Shown piece by piece: positions 36,963 through 46,679 of a stretch of DNA of 64,000 bases; the first letter of the stretch is position 1, and each line of letters opens with the position of its first letter. This DNA is from an uncultured bacterium (GTDB lineage Bacteria > Zixibacteria > MSB-5A5 > GN15 > FEB-12), in NCBI GenBank assembly GCA_965372795.1, contig CBDVDR010000012.1, positions 1 to 64,000 on the forward strand. Direction: 5' to 3'. The notes below the pieces were generated by a model, which had not been told where the DNA came from, did no database searches, and saw only the letters and a program-made list of their open reading frames with translations. The position numbers and the translations under genes were made by a program.

Positions 36963-37682
36963 CTAAACGAGTGATTTATCTTTAGATTTAGTATAAATAC
37001 GGGATTTTTTGGGGTCAACCAAAGTTCCGGTTATTGTATCTATTAATGAGGGATGGGAGATATTTGAGAGACGGTTAAGAGACTTTTTAATCCTTTCAGC
37101 CGACTTCCTGATTATCTTCAATTTTTTCGTAACTTCATTATTATCAAATAGTTTACTCTGCAACAACAGCTCCACCGTACCCTGAATCATCATAAGGGGA
37201 TTATTGATTTCATGAGCCAATGTCCCGGCAGCTATATTCATTATATCTTTTTGCTGAGTTTCGCGTAATCTCTCTTCCATTTCCCGATTATTGAGAATCA
37301 AAACCCGCCGCCTGAATACTTCCCCAACAATTCTGGATAAAGATTGATGATAATTCCCTTCTTTTACAATAAAATCAGAGGCACCGGAATTCAGGGCTTC
37401 TGTTGCTGTGTACTCAGACTCCTTTGAAGCGGTAATTATTACCGGAATATCGATATCATTTTGTCGTAAAAGCTGCAAAAGCTGTATACCATCCATATCA
37501 GAAAGACCATATTGAATTATTGCAACGTCATATTCTTTATTAACCGCGGCTTCTAAAACAGCCGAGCCGCTGCTAAAAACATCAACCTGACTTTTTTTAT
37601 AATAATCAGTTAAATTGCGTTCCATCAGAATTGCATGGAATTTATTTTTTTCTACGAGAATGATTTTAAAATCTTTTTTCAT
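36963..37682 (-). CDS. Atypical receiver plus HisKA (DHp) protein, no ATPase domain
   Basis: REC fold (..DMDG, PVIIT, GA.DFI.K) with Gln at the Asp site; LAHEINNPL H-box; ends without a HATPase domain. Confidence 0.8.
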   Translation of the reverse strand: MKKDFKIILVEKNKFHAILMERNLTDYYKKSQVDVFSSGSAVLEAAVNKEYDVAIIQYGLSDMDGIQLLQLLRQNDIDIPVIITASKESEYTATEALNSGASDFIVKEGNYHQSLSRIVGEVFRRRVLILNNREMEERLRETQQKDIMNIAAGTLAHEINNPLMMIQGTVELLLQSKLFDNNEVTKKLKIIRKSAERIKKSLNRLSNISHPSLIDTITGTLVDPKKSRIYTKSKDKSLV

Positions 37683-37686
37683 CGAT

Positions 37687-39615
37687 TTAATCCGATATCA
37701 ATTCAACCGGTAAGATCAAATCAACTGTTATTGATTTTCCTTTTCTCGAATTGAATTTGATATCTCCTCCAAGTTCTTTTACAAGACAATGCGAGATTGC
37801 AATGCCATTGCCGTAAGATTCTGCATCATTTGAATTATCATGATACTCATCAAAGGAAAAATCATAAACACTCTTAACATTAATTTCTGATAAACCTGAA
37901 ATATTACTCTGGATTTTTATCGTACAATTATCATTTTCAATTTTAGAAGTTATAATTAGATTAACTTTTTGTGAGCGATTGAATTTTATAAAAACAGACA
38001 GGATGTTATTAAGAATTTCGTTTAAAAGCTTTGATGATGTATATAATTTGGGCAGATCCTTGCAGTCGTATGTGACATCAACCCCCGGATAATCCAATTT
38101 AATTTTATAAATCAATTTATTAATAACTATTCCTACATCTACTTTTGTTTTATTTCCGGACTGATTACAAGCTTCATAAAGATCATCCAGACAATTTATA
38201 GTCGTTTCTAATGAGCTGGTATTCTCTAAAAGATTTTCAAGACAGTTATTGCCATCTTTTCCAAGTTTACTGTAAAACTCGTGTCCCAACTTTTCAGAGT
38301 GCCCATTGATTGCTTTTAAAGTTTCTTTAATATGTTTTAAAAATTGATCAAACGGGATAATTGCCCCGCCCTGATTAGGAACAATTTCACTATTTGTTTT
38401 AATGGGAAGAAAAGCAAAACAACTGCTAAGATCACCCGGATCGAGCGAGAATTTGACAATGACTAATTCAGCTGTTTCTTTTGAAGGCAGCTTAACCTCA
38501 AGATGTAAATCTTCGGGGTTATCCTCTTCAAGCGGTTTAGTCATATAACCGTAAATCCGGTCAATAATTTCTTTAGAATTATGCCCTTCAAGCTTTGATA
38601 TGACTTCCTCAAAATTCCCATTTACTTTTTCGTCCTCAACCACTTTTATAAGCGATGGGTTATATCCGGTCAGATCGCCGGTTTCATTAGTGATAAATGA
38701 TGGAATTGAAAGCGAATCAAGAAATCCTATGGTAAATTTTATATCAGGTGCAACATCTTCTGCAGCTACATTTTTTAATGAAAGTTCACTGAATCTTTTA
38801 AAGGCTGCTAAGCCGAGTTTAATCCGTTCAATAGATTCAACTGCTTCAGCCGGATTATCTTTATTTGAATAAATAACTCTGAACAGATATGAGTAAGTAT
38901 CATTAATCTGAACAACTTGAAGATATTCATTTGGTGCTTCCCCAATAATCTCTATCGCTTTTTGAACATCAACCTCTTTTGAAAAATCATAACTGCTTTG
39001 CTCATGGGCGATATAGGCGTGGAGATCATTAGGCGACGGAATTGACTTGAAAGTAAACTCTGCCGAGTCATCGTTGGTAGAACCGGCTCTTGGTTCAAGA
39101 TCATTTTCATTTATAACATATATGGAAACTTGATTGGCTAAGGAGTATTTCCTGAGCAGTCGTGCAAATCCTTTCAAGTTATCAAGACAGTCTATTTTAA
39201 TAATTTCATTCAGGAAAATATTGTGCAAATTATTATTATCTGTTCGTATATTTCCGTTTTCTGAATTTTTATTGGAATTAATAATTAACTGAAAGTTTAC
39301 CGGATTACCGGCGATAAAGTTCAGCGCTACGATTACATTGGCAGAGATATGTTCAGAATCTCGGTTGATGATTACGATATCGGTTGATTCATAAAATGTT
39401 TCGTAATGATTTCTTTTCCCAAGAAGCTGTTCAACTAAATTGATCGAGCCTTCATCAAGGAACTCACTAAGCTGTTTCCCGAATAGTTCTTCTTTAGTGT
39501 ATCCTAAAAGATTCTCGAATTCATCATCAATGTATACAAATCTGCCTTTGAGATCAATTTTACAAACGGCGCATCGCCGAATTCCTGCGTTAGGAGCAAT
39601 TGTTTTTTCAGTCAT
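37687..39615 (-). CDS. Cytoplasmic PAS-domain histidine-kinase-like protein (degenerate catalytic boxes)
   Basis: PAS (GRFVYID..FENLLGYT.EEL.G), second PAS-like region, C-terminal HATPase-like fold (GNGIAIS...V..LGG.I). Confidence 0.7.
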   Translation of the reverse strand: MTEKTIAPNAGIRRCAVCKIDLKGRFVYIDDEFENLLGYTKEELFGKQLSEFLDEGSINLVEQLLGKRNHYETFYESTDIVIINRDSEHISANVIVALNFIAGNPVNFQLIINSNKNSENGNIRTDNNNLHNIFLNEIIKIDCLDNLKGFARLLRKYSLANQVSIYVINENDLEPRAGSTNDDSAEFTFKSIPSPNDLHAYIAHEQSSYDFSKEVDVQKAIEIIGEAPNEYLQVVQINDTYSYLFRVIYSNKDNPAEAVESIERIKLGLAAFKRFSELSLKNVAAEDVAPDIKFTIGFLDSLSIPSFITNETGDLTGYNPSLIKVVEDEKVNGNFEEVISKLEGHNSKEIIDRIYGYMTKPLEEDNPEDLHLEVKLPSKETAELVIVKFSLDPGDLSSCFAFLPIKTNSEIVPNQGGAIIPFDQFLKHIKETLKAINGHSEKLGHEFYSKLGKDGNNCLENLLENTSSLETTINCLDDLYEACNQSGNKTKVDVGIVINKLIYKIKLDYPGVDVTYDCKDLPKLYTSSKLLNEILNNILSVFIKFNRSQKVNLIITSKIENDNCTIKIQSNISGLSEINVKSVYDFSFDEYHDNSNDAESYGNGIAISHCLVKELGGDIKFNSRKGKSITVDLILPVELISD

Positions 39616-39621
39616 AGTTTA

Positions 39622-41613
39622 TCATCTAATCTTCAATACCTTTAAATGCTTCACAGCATTTTTAGTTTTTACCAGCAAAATGTATGGGCCATCGGACAAT
39701 TCCTCCCCTCGAAGATTTGTTCCGTCCCAATGCCATATATCGGCAGACGGGGACGATTCATTGACCTTTTTCCATACTTTTTCACCTGCTATATTGAAGA
39801 CAGTGATTGACACAAGATTACCGGCAGTTGGGTTGAGAGATATATTAATAGATTCTGAAAATGGATTTGGGTAGGCAAAAATTGCTTCAGAATTATCCGC
39901 AGAGACTGTAACCTCAACAAAAGTTGTCTCTGCAAAATATCCGACATCGGCGACCAGTCCAATTGTAGTTTGGATCGACTCACTGCTTACGGCATTATAA
40001 ATTAACAAGCCCCGCCCGTTGGCACTATCAATAATTTCGGCCTCTGCGGGATGGTTAAAGGCAGTTATAACAGGAATATCCGGTGATGATCCGGAAGTTT
40101 CAACATGTAATAACGCCACAGTATTAGGAAGTACTCTCAGACTATATTCACTATTAAACTTTATTATATCGGCAGCTCTGGCAGCATCATATAAACCATA
40201 ACCATACACATTATCAGGATTATCAGCTCTGTCACCTGTGGCTCTGATAAGATTCCTCATCTCCTCGGCGGTTAACAGAGGATTGTGTTCCATTGCCAGA
40301 GCCGAACCGGCAGCAATCATCGGTGTCGAAAATGATACACCCTGAACATTGATATAACCACCAACTGAACGAGTAGACAAAACTCCGGTTGCCAATGACA
40401 CAATATCCGGTTTGATTCTTCCATCAGCAGTTGGACCTATTGATGAAAAAAAGGCGGCTGTGCTATCAGAATTTACACCGCCAACGGTAATTACAGAGTC
40501 CCCGTCAGCTGGAAATGTTATTTTCTCCCAGGATGTTGCCCGTTCATTTCCGGCACCGGTTACTACCAAAATATTTTTTGAAGCAGCAATGTCGGCGGCT
40601 ATTGTAATCAAAGCGGTATTGCCGTCAAGATCATCTATAGTATAGTCTTCTGAATCTGTAATATCTGAAAAAATCGTGTATCCAACCGAACTGCTGATTA
40701 TATCAGCACCCTGAACATCAGCCCATTCAGCGGCTGCAATCCAGTTATCTTCCTCTACCTTGATTTCAGTATTGTCACAGGTTATTTCGGTTTTCGCCAG
40801 TAACAGCGATACATTTGGAGCCAGCCCGACATATTCTCCCGGTACAAATCCAGCTATGACACCCATGACCAGCGTCCCGTGATAGTCTTGTTGCTGTGAC
40901 TCCGAATTATCATCACACCCAGTTTCTGACACCGAGGTATCATTATTTATAAAATCATACTTCCCGGCAATATTGATTGAATCTATAAAAGCCAGATGAT
41001 CGATATTGAAACCACTGTCAAATAATGCAAGCGTAACACCCCGTCCGGTTAATCCGGCTTGATGTAACTTAATGACCTTTGAAAATTCTGCATTTTTTAA
41101 TGAACCCCCATAATCAAAAGCAGTTGTTTTATCCGGTCTGACAAAAGATGTTTCTTTAGACACAATATCTTCAACAGAGGCTGTCAAAGTTTTTACCAGA
41201 TCTATTTTCTTAACAAACTTATGCTTCACAATTTCTTCAGCTTGTTCTGTTGTGGCTTCCACAGATACAGCTTTCAGCCAGCGAGAAACTCGGCGAACTT
41301 TAATTCCGGATTTTTTTATTTCAGAAACATAAATTGGAGCAATTGAATAATCATAATTATCTACAAGAAAATTATTCGGGTCAACTTTCCCCCTACGAAT
41401 TAAGGCTTTTTCAGAAAGAGCAACTATAGTCTTATTAACGGTCGTTGAGTCAAGATACAACCATAACCGATGAGTATCAAAACTGTTCGACTGGCTAAAA
41501 GCAGTTTTCGCCCGGGAAGTAATTTTGGTAGATTTCCCCCAATCACCGCCAAACGTTGTTTGTGAAAGGAGAAAGAGTATAAGAACAATTTTATATTTAA
41601 ATTTCAATATCAA
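39622..41613 (-). CDS. Secreted S8 subtilisin-like peptidase with a FlgD-Ig/T9SS-type C-terminal domain
   Basis: Triad motifs FDSG, HGT and GVSFS.P; tail YPNPF...VFNIAGEKV...WDG.N..G.....G.Y. Confidence 0.88.
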   Translation of the reverse strand: MILKFKYKIVLILFLLSQTTFGGDWGKSTKITSRAKTAFSQSNSFDTHRLWLYLDSTTVNKTIVALSEKALIRRGKVDPNNFLVDNYDYSIAPIYVSEIKKSGIKVRRVSRWLKAVSVEATTEQAEEIVKHKFVKKIDLVKTLTASVEDIVSKETSFVRPDKTTAFDYGGSLKNAEFSKVIKLHQAGLTGRGVTLALFDSGFNIDHLAFIDSINIAGKYDFINNDTSVSETGCDDNSESQQQDYHGTLVMGVIAGFVPGEYVGLAPNVSLLLAKTEITCDNTEIKVEEDNWIAAAEWADVQGADIISSSVGYTIFSDITDSEDYTIDDLDGNTALITIAADIAASKNILVVTGAGNERATSWEKITFPADGDSVITVGGVNSDSTAAFFSSIGPTADGRIKPDIVSLATGVLSTRSVGGYINVQGVSFSTPMIAAGSALAMEHNPLLTAEEMRNLIRATGDRADNPDNVYGYGLYDAARAADIIKFNSEYSLRVLPNTVALLHVETSGSSPDIPVITAFNHPAEAEIIDSANGRGLLIYNAVSSESIQTTIGLVADVGYFAETTFVEVTVSADNSEAIFAYPNPFSESINISLNPTAGNLVSITVFNIAGEKVWKKVNESSPSADIWHWDGTNLRGEELSDGPYILLVKTKNAVKHLKVLKIR

Positions 41614-41681
41614 CTCTGAAAATTATTAATAATTCTATTTTATCTTAAACATATTCTTCGGTAATATAGTTCTCAATTATC

Positions 41682-44507
41682 CTAAAAAAGTCCTTTAAGT
41701 AAATTCTTGGCTTCTTTTTCGATAGACTTACCGGCTTCTTTTGAAATTGCTGAAATATCAATATTCATCTTTGGCTTATCAACCGTCCCCCCGATTAACA
41801 GGGGAAGTTTTATCTGGTCGACGCTTTTATCATTCAAAAACCCAGACAAATCCCCCAGCAACCCACCTTTGGAAAGAAGTTTCTTGGTCCATTCTTTCGA
41901 AAGTAAAAGCGAGCCTTTGTAATCCAATTCACCGGAAAAAGAGTAGTAACCGTCTATCGAGATAACACCAAGTTTCCCGAAACTGGTCTTTAACTGATCT
42001 AATTTGACTTTCCCGTCATTGACCTGAATATTTGTCCACATATTTCGAACCTCCTGCTCTTTATCAAAAGGTTCGCCGACTTGATTGGCCATGCTGTTTA
42101 TGGCGCTGTAGGCAAATCCGGTGGTTACAATTTTTCCCTTTTTCATATCTGCAGTTGAATTCATCGAAAGCGAATTAAGGAATTCTTCCGGCTCCCACCC
42201 AAAGGCATCATAGCTCCCGTTCAGATCAACCTTTCCGAAAATATGTCCGCCAAATTTTGAAAACCGGCTCACAAAATCATCCGCTTCAATTTGACTGGCT
42301 CTGAATTTACCGACATAATGAGGCTTGTTAAAATCGTTTAAATCAATCGTCGTATTTCCACTGACTTTCCCGGTATAAACATCTCCGCTAACATTATAAA
42401 CTTCGATAATACGATCAGCAATTTTCACATTACCTTTGACATTGGCAAGCTCAACCTGCGCATAGATCAGCGTATCAATACTCATCGTTCCCCGCCCGTC
42501 AATATCAGGCAGGATTACAATAGAGATTGAATCTTCAGGAATATTCGCCCGTTCGGTCCCTGCCCCGGGGGTAGCCTCGGGGAATAATTTATCCGTATCA
42601 AAATAATTTGATTTTAATTCAAATAGAAACAGCGGTTTCTTCGCTCGGGAACGGTCTATATTTTCAAGCGGAAGCAAATATGGAAACGGGTTGGCAAGTT
42701 TCCCTGTAAATGAAATATCACTTGAGGTAAACTTGACGGTCATCTTTTTAACTGTAATCGTATCAGGTGCGATACTAAGTGATGATTCAAAAAGTTCTAT
42801 CGGTTCCGGAAGAAGGTTATCGTTATACGATCCATTTTTAATTATTACTTCTCCCTGCGAAATTATCCGTTCCGGCTCTTCCATACTGCCGGCAAGTTTT
42901 AACCTGATGGACATCTCCCCCTTGAGTTGCGGGTCACCCTTGGGAGGAAGATATTTCGTCAGATAGGAAAAATCGAGTTCAGAATTAAAATCACCGTCAA
43001 TTTCAGGATAGATCGGATTTTCTTCAAGGCTGTCAGAAATTAAATAAGGAATCAATTTGGTGATGCGACCATTAAAATTGAAACTACCTGATGACATTTT
43101 TCCGGATAGGTTTTCTATTTTTGCCACTTTCTTATCGATATAGGTATCAATGGTAAATTCCTCCAACGGCTCTGGCAGCAAACCGGAGGAATAATATCCA
43201 TCGGTGATTTTTAATTTACCTGAATAATCCATATCTCTCAGCTTTTTGGTCTTACCCGAAATTTTCAAATCAAAATCAGCTATCCCGGAAATATCACCCC
43301 GGAAATCATCCGGCAAAAACGGGGTTATAAAAGAAAGATTCAACGAGCCGGCCAGGTTGGCATTTATGGTTGGATTCTTAAAATCATCAATTACCAAATG
43401 TCCCCGGAGCGGTTTCCCGTCGAATGTCCCCTTTTCAATATTCAACCTCAGGTTGTCCGGTTTAAAATCAATCAAAGCCCGTTCAAATTTTAACACGCCC
43501 TCAATATCTTTTTGAGTTAAAATAATATTCCCCAGAATAACCGTCCCATTGTACGACAAAACCTGTTCGCCATCAGGAACATATTCATAATCAACATCTA
43601 TCGCCAACCCGCCATCAAATTTATAATCTTTGATGACATCCAATTTCTTAGCAGGTATAAAATTTAACAAATCATCAATCATCACATTGTCTGATTTCAG
43701 ATTCCCTTTGACATAAAAATTATTTTTTGCATGTGAAACATTGGCTTTGATTTTGAGTTTCATACCATTCAAATCAAGGCGCGCCTCACTTAATTCAAGC
43801 AAGCCGACATTCATATCATAATTAGCCAAATATTTTAAATCGACCTTAAATACCGGAAGGTCGGTTTTACTTTTAACAACCAGACTGTCGATAGAAACTT
43901 CACCCTTGGATTCAAATATCCCCGGCTTATTATTGGCAAGGCTTGTGGACAGATTTAATCCCATAATTTGCATCGACAAATCAAGGCTGTCATCCCGATA
44001 ATTGATAGTGCCATTTTCGATTTCAAAATTATCAAACGACAACGCTACCGAGGCGGCTTTGGTTTCCGGAGTAAGTTTTTCGGCTATTCCCGGGGGGGCT
44101 TTTTCTTCAGCTTTTTTAAAAGTATAGTTATTGAACCCGTTCTTATTTTTGTGCATCGAGATAATCGGTTGATTGATTATTAACCGGTCGATTCGGAATT
44201 CCCCTGAGAAAAGCGGCAAAATTTGAAGTTTCAGATCAATATTTTCTGCAGTCAGGAAATTTGTTTCATCAAAATTTTCAGGCGTGCTTATTTGAACCTC
44301 GACCAGTTTCAACCCCAATCCGCCCCAGATCGAGAGATCGAGTTTTTCGATTGAAATTTCCCGTTCGAGTAATTCGCTCCCTTTTTCAATTGCCATTGCC
44401 TTAACTTTTTCTGCCGGGAAGAAAAGTTTGAATCCGACAACCACAACTAACAAAAGTCCTATAAAAACCCCTGCGGTCCAGAGAGATATTTTCAAAAATT
44501 TATTCAT
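41682..44507 (-). CDS. AsmA family protein
   Basis: N-terminal TM anchor, L.L.ILPLF.GE..I..L.I.QP AsmA N motif, long beta-rich body and LP..IGGT...PK C-terminus; start ATG 44507. Confidence 0.8.
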   Translation of the reverse strand: MNKFLKISLWTAGVFIGLLLVVVVGFKLFFPAEKVKAMAIEKGSELLEREISIEKLDLSIWGGLGLKLVEVQISTPENFDETNFLTAENIDLKLQILPLFSGEFRIDRLIINQPIISMHKNKNGFNNYTFKKAEEKAPPGIAEKLTPETKAASVALSFDNFEIENGTINYRDDSLDLSMQIMGLNLSTSLANNKPGIFESKGEVSIDSLVVKSKTDLPVFKVDLKYLANYDMNVGLLELSEARLDLNGMKLKIKANVSHAKNNFYVKGNLKSDNVMIDDLLNFIPAKKLDVIKDYKFDGGLAIDVDYEYVPDGEQVLSYNGTVILGNIILTQKDIEGVLKFERALIDFKPDNLRLNIEKGTFDGKPLRGHLVIDDFKNPTINANLAGSLNLSFITPFLPDDFRGDISGIADFDLKISGKTKKLRDMDYSGKLKITDGYYSSGLLPEPLEEFTIDTYIDKKVAKIENLSGKMSSGSFNFNGRITKLIPYLISDSLEENPIYPEIDGDFNSELDFSYLTKYLPPKGDPQLKGEMSIRLKLAGSMEEPERIISQGEVIIKNGSYNDNLLPEPIELFESSLSIAPDTITVKKMTVKFTSSDISFTGKLANPFPYLLPLENIDRSRAKKPLFLFELKSNYFDTDKLFPEATPGAGTERANIPEDSISIVILPDIDGRGTMSIDTLIYAQVELANVKGNVKIADRIIEVYNVSGDVYTGKVSGNTTIDLNDFNKPHYVGKFRASQIEADDFVSRFSKFGGHIFGKVDLNGSYDAFGWEPEEFLNSLSMNSTADMKKGKIVTTGFAYSAINSMANQVGEPFDKEQEVRNMWTNIQVNDGKVKLDQLKTSFGKLGVISIDGYYSFSGELDYKGSLLLSKEWTKKLLSKGGLLGDLSGFLNDKSVDQIKLPLLIGGTVDKPKMNIDISAISKEAGKSIEKEAKNLLKGLF

Positions 44508-44575
44508 AATGCTCCACTCCAATTTAACTGTATACAGGCGAGACAAGTATATCTTCCCAACGCATTAATATCAAT

Positions 44576-44606
44576 AAAAAAGGCAGAGCCAAATTGACTC
44601 TGCCTT
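44576..44606 (-). terminator. Terminator of the hydrolase gene
   Basis: AAAAAAGGCAGAG-(9 nt)-CTCTGCCTT. Confidence 0.7.
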
Positions 44607-44626
44607 ATATCATAAAATTTTAATAA

Positions 44627-45307
44627 TTAGCCCAAATCGATCATTTCTCCCGGTTTGAGAATAATTACTTCCGAGCCGGTTACTTTTTCAGCAAATTCTT
44701 CCGGTTTTGTTTCAATAATCGGAAACGTATTGTAATGAAACGGCACTACTTTTTTCGGTTGAATAAGCTCAACCGCTTTCACAGCATCGTCAATACCCAT
44801 CGTAAAATTATCACCAATCGGCAAAAAGGCCAGATCAATATCATACATAGCGCCGATCAGTTTCATATCGTAAAACAAGCCGGTATCTCCGGGATGATAA
44901 ATAGTTTTACCGCCCATTGTCACCAGGAACCCAACCGGAGGACCGGTATATCGGGAAGCATCTTCCCCATAGCCGCCGCCGTGATGCGCGATAGTGAGTT
45001 TAACTTTTCCAAAATCGAAATCATGAGCCCCGCCGATATGCATCGGATGGATTTCAGCGCCTTGACTGGCACACAGATGAGCCAATTCAAAATTCGCTAT
45101 GATCGTGGCTTTGTTACGTTTGGCAATTTCGACCCCATCCCCCACATGATCGCCATGACCATGAGTAATCAACACATGACTGACTATTACATCTTCAGCT
45201 TTGATTGGCGAGAGGGGATTTCCGGTGATGAACGGATCGATTATTACGTTATGATTATCATGCTCAAGCATCACACAGGAATGACCTAAGAAAGTAACTT
45301 TTGGCAT
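44627..45307 (-). CDS. UPF0173 metal-dependent hydrolase (metallo-beta-lactamase fold)
   Basis: FLGHS, IDPF, THGHGDH, H.GDTG, PIGD.FTM and P.HYNTF motifs. Confidence 0.92.
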   Translation of the reverse strand: MPKVTFLGHSCVMLEHDNHNVIIDPFITGNPLSPIKAEDVIVSHVLITHGHGDHVGDGVEIAKRNKATIIANFELAHLCASQGAEIHPMHIGGAHDFDFGKVKLTIAHHGGGYGEDASRYTGPPVGFLVTMGGKTIYHPGDTGLFYDMKLIGAMYDIDLAFLPIGDNFTMGIDDAVKAVELIQPKKVVPFHYNTFPIIETKPEEFAEKVTGSEVIILKPGEMIDLG

Positions 45308-45328
45308 TATAAACTCCTTTGATGTTGC

Positions 45329-45396
45329 TTTTTAAATTCAGTTCGATATTAAATTCAGCAACTTTTTAAATTCAGCGACCTTTTAAATTCAGTTCC
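45329..45396. repeat. 4 x 17-bp tandem repeat with invariant TTAAATTCAG core
   Basis: tttttaaattcagttcg / atattaaattcagcaac / tttttaaattcagcgac / cttttaaattcagttcc. Confidence 0.9.
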
Positions 45397-45421
45397 ATTG
45401 AATTATCATATATGTAATAAA

Positions 45422-45450
45422 ATATTACAGCCTCAGCCTGATTGTGTCAA
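45422..45450 (-). promoter_or_regulatory. Sigma70-type promoter for the hydrolase gene
   Basis: Minus strand TTGACA-17 nt-TAATAT. Confidence 0.6.
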
Positions 45451-45499
45451 TATTTTAAATTTAGGGATATTTTGAATCAACCCTGCCTGATTTGATAAT

Positions 45500-45756
45500 A
45501 AACCACCCGAAGGGTGTTCTGTTGGGTCCTGATTTGCCGAAGGGAAATTGTGACCCTACAGCTTCCAATTGGGGTGGGTTTACTATTCATCCTACAAAGA
45601 GAAAATCACCCAAAGGGTGTCATTGCGAGGAGCGAAGCGACGAAGCAATCTCACACTTCGTGTGTCTATTCGAGGTTTTGCGTGGGCGGCAGACGTCCTC
45701 GTCTGCCCCATCCTTCGTTCGATATTTTGGCAGCATCACATTGATATAGCCCTACT
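45500..45756. repeat. Cluster of REP-like palindromes (GTAG-tagged and TGTC-tagged types)
   Basis: Several hairpins ending ...CCTAC (GTAG on the minus strand); TGTCATTGCGAGGAGCGAAGCGACGAAGCAATCTC; GGCAGACGTCCTCGTCTGCC. Confidence 0.75.
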
Positions 45757-45761
45757 TGAAC

Positions 45762-46586
45762 TTATAAATTTTCATCAGAATCATTCAAACCTGAATTTTC
45801 TGAAATTTCTTTGTCATTTATATTAGCATTCTTTATAGTTTTTTTTCTTTTAATCATAGAGTTGCTTTTCTTAAGTTTCTTTAATACATTTTTTAATTCA
45901 TCTCCTTCAATCACTTCTCTTTTTAAAACCTCATTTAATAATATTCGATCTATTTCTTCAGTTGAGACTTTAACACCTGAATAAAACTTTCTTAATTCTC
46001 TCTTAATCAAATTTAACACCGGATCGGATTGAATGATTGCGCTTATGGTAAAACGATTAACATTCTTAATATGCTCATGAAACGTCTCAATTGCACCTTT
46101 ATTCAACCCTTCTTTACAGAGCAAGAAAAGGCTTTGATGGTCATCTTTCCTTTTATTGTTTAATTCGAGAAAATTGAATGAACAAATTAAATCTGAACCA
46201 ATAGGACGTTCAAATTTAATCTTGTGAATCTCCCAAAATTCTCCATTTGTTAAAACAACCCATTGAATTCCCTGATTTGAACCATAATTTAATGCTTGTT
46301 GTAAATGATTTTCTTTTAAATTTAAACCTACGGCTTTTACCTCAATTATAAATTTAATATTTCCATTCATTTTTATAGCAAGATCACAAAAGGTTCCTTT
46401 TATAGCTTGTTCACTAGTAACCTCTACATATTTATCATAGCCAAAGACCCTTGATAACATATCTGTGATAATTGTTACAGTATCAGATTCGTTCACATCT
46501 CTGTCTTTTGCACCTAATATGACTTTTTGAAATCCAGGTATTTCTTTAGTTAGCCTACTAATAACATTTTTTGGAATATTAATCAT
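45762..46586 (-). CDS. Standalone HsdR_N-like PD-(D/E)xK nuclease domain protein
   Basis: NESDT, CDLAI...IIEVK, QALNY and VLTNG..W motifs; no helicase domain. Confidence 0.8.
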   Translation of the reverse strand: MINIPKNVISRLTKEIPGFQKVILGAKDRDVNESDTVTIITDMLSRVFGYDKYVEVTSEQAIKGTFCDLAIKMNGNIKFIIEVKAVGLNLKENHLQQALNYGSNQGIQWVVLTNGEFWEIHKIKFERPIGSDLICSFNFLELNNKRKDDHQSLFLLCKEGLNKGAIETFHEHIKNVNRFTISAIIQSDPVLNLIKRELRKFYSGVKVSTEEIDRILLNEVLKREVIEGDELKNVLKKLKKSNSMIKRKKTIKNANINDKEISENSGLNDSDENL

Positions 46587-46679
46587 ATTACCCTCATAAA
46601 ATAAATATTATTTTCCCACGTAGAAATAATGCATGAATATTATTAATATTATAACTATTATGTATTATTATGTCAATAA

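Noticed and set aside
44735..45289. 184-aa plus-strand ORF
   Set aside because: Antisense shadow of the hydrolase gene; the many other short nested ORFs in the track were dismissed the same way
45492..45826. Three short overlapping plus-strand ORFs
   Set aside because: They are read-throughs of REP palindromes with no protein motifs
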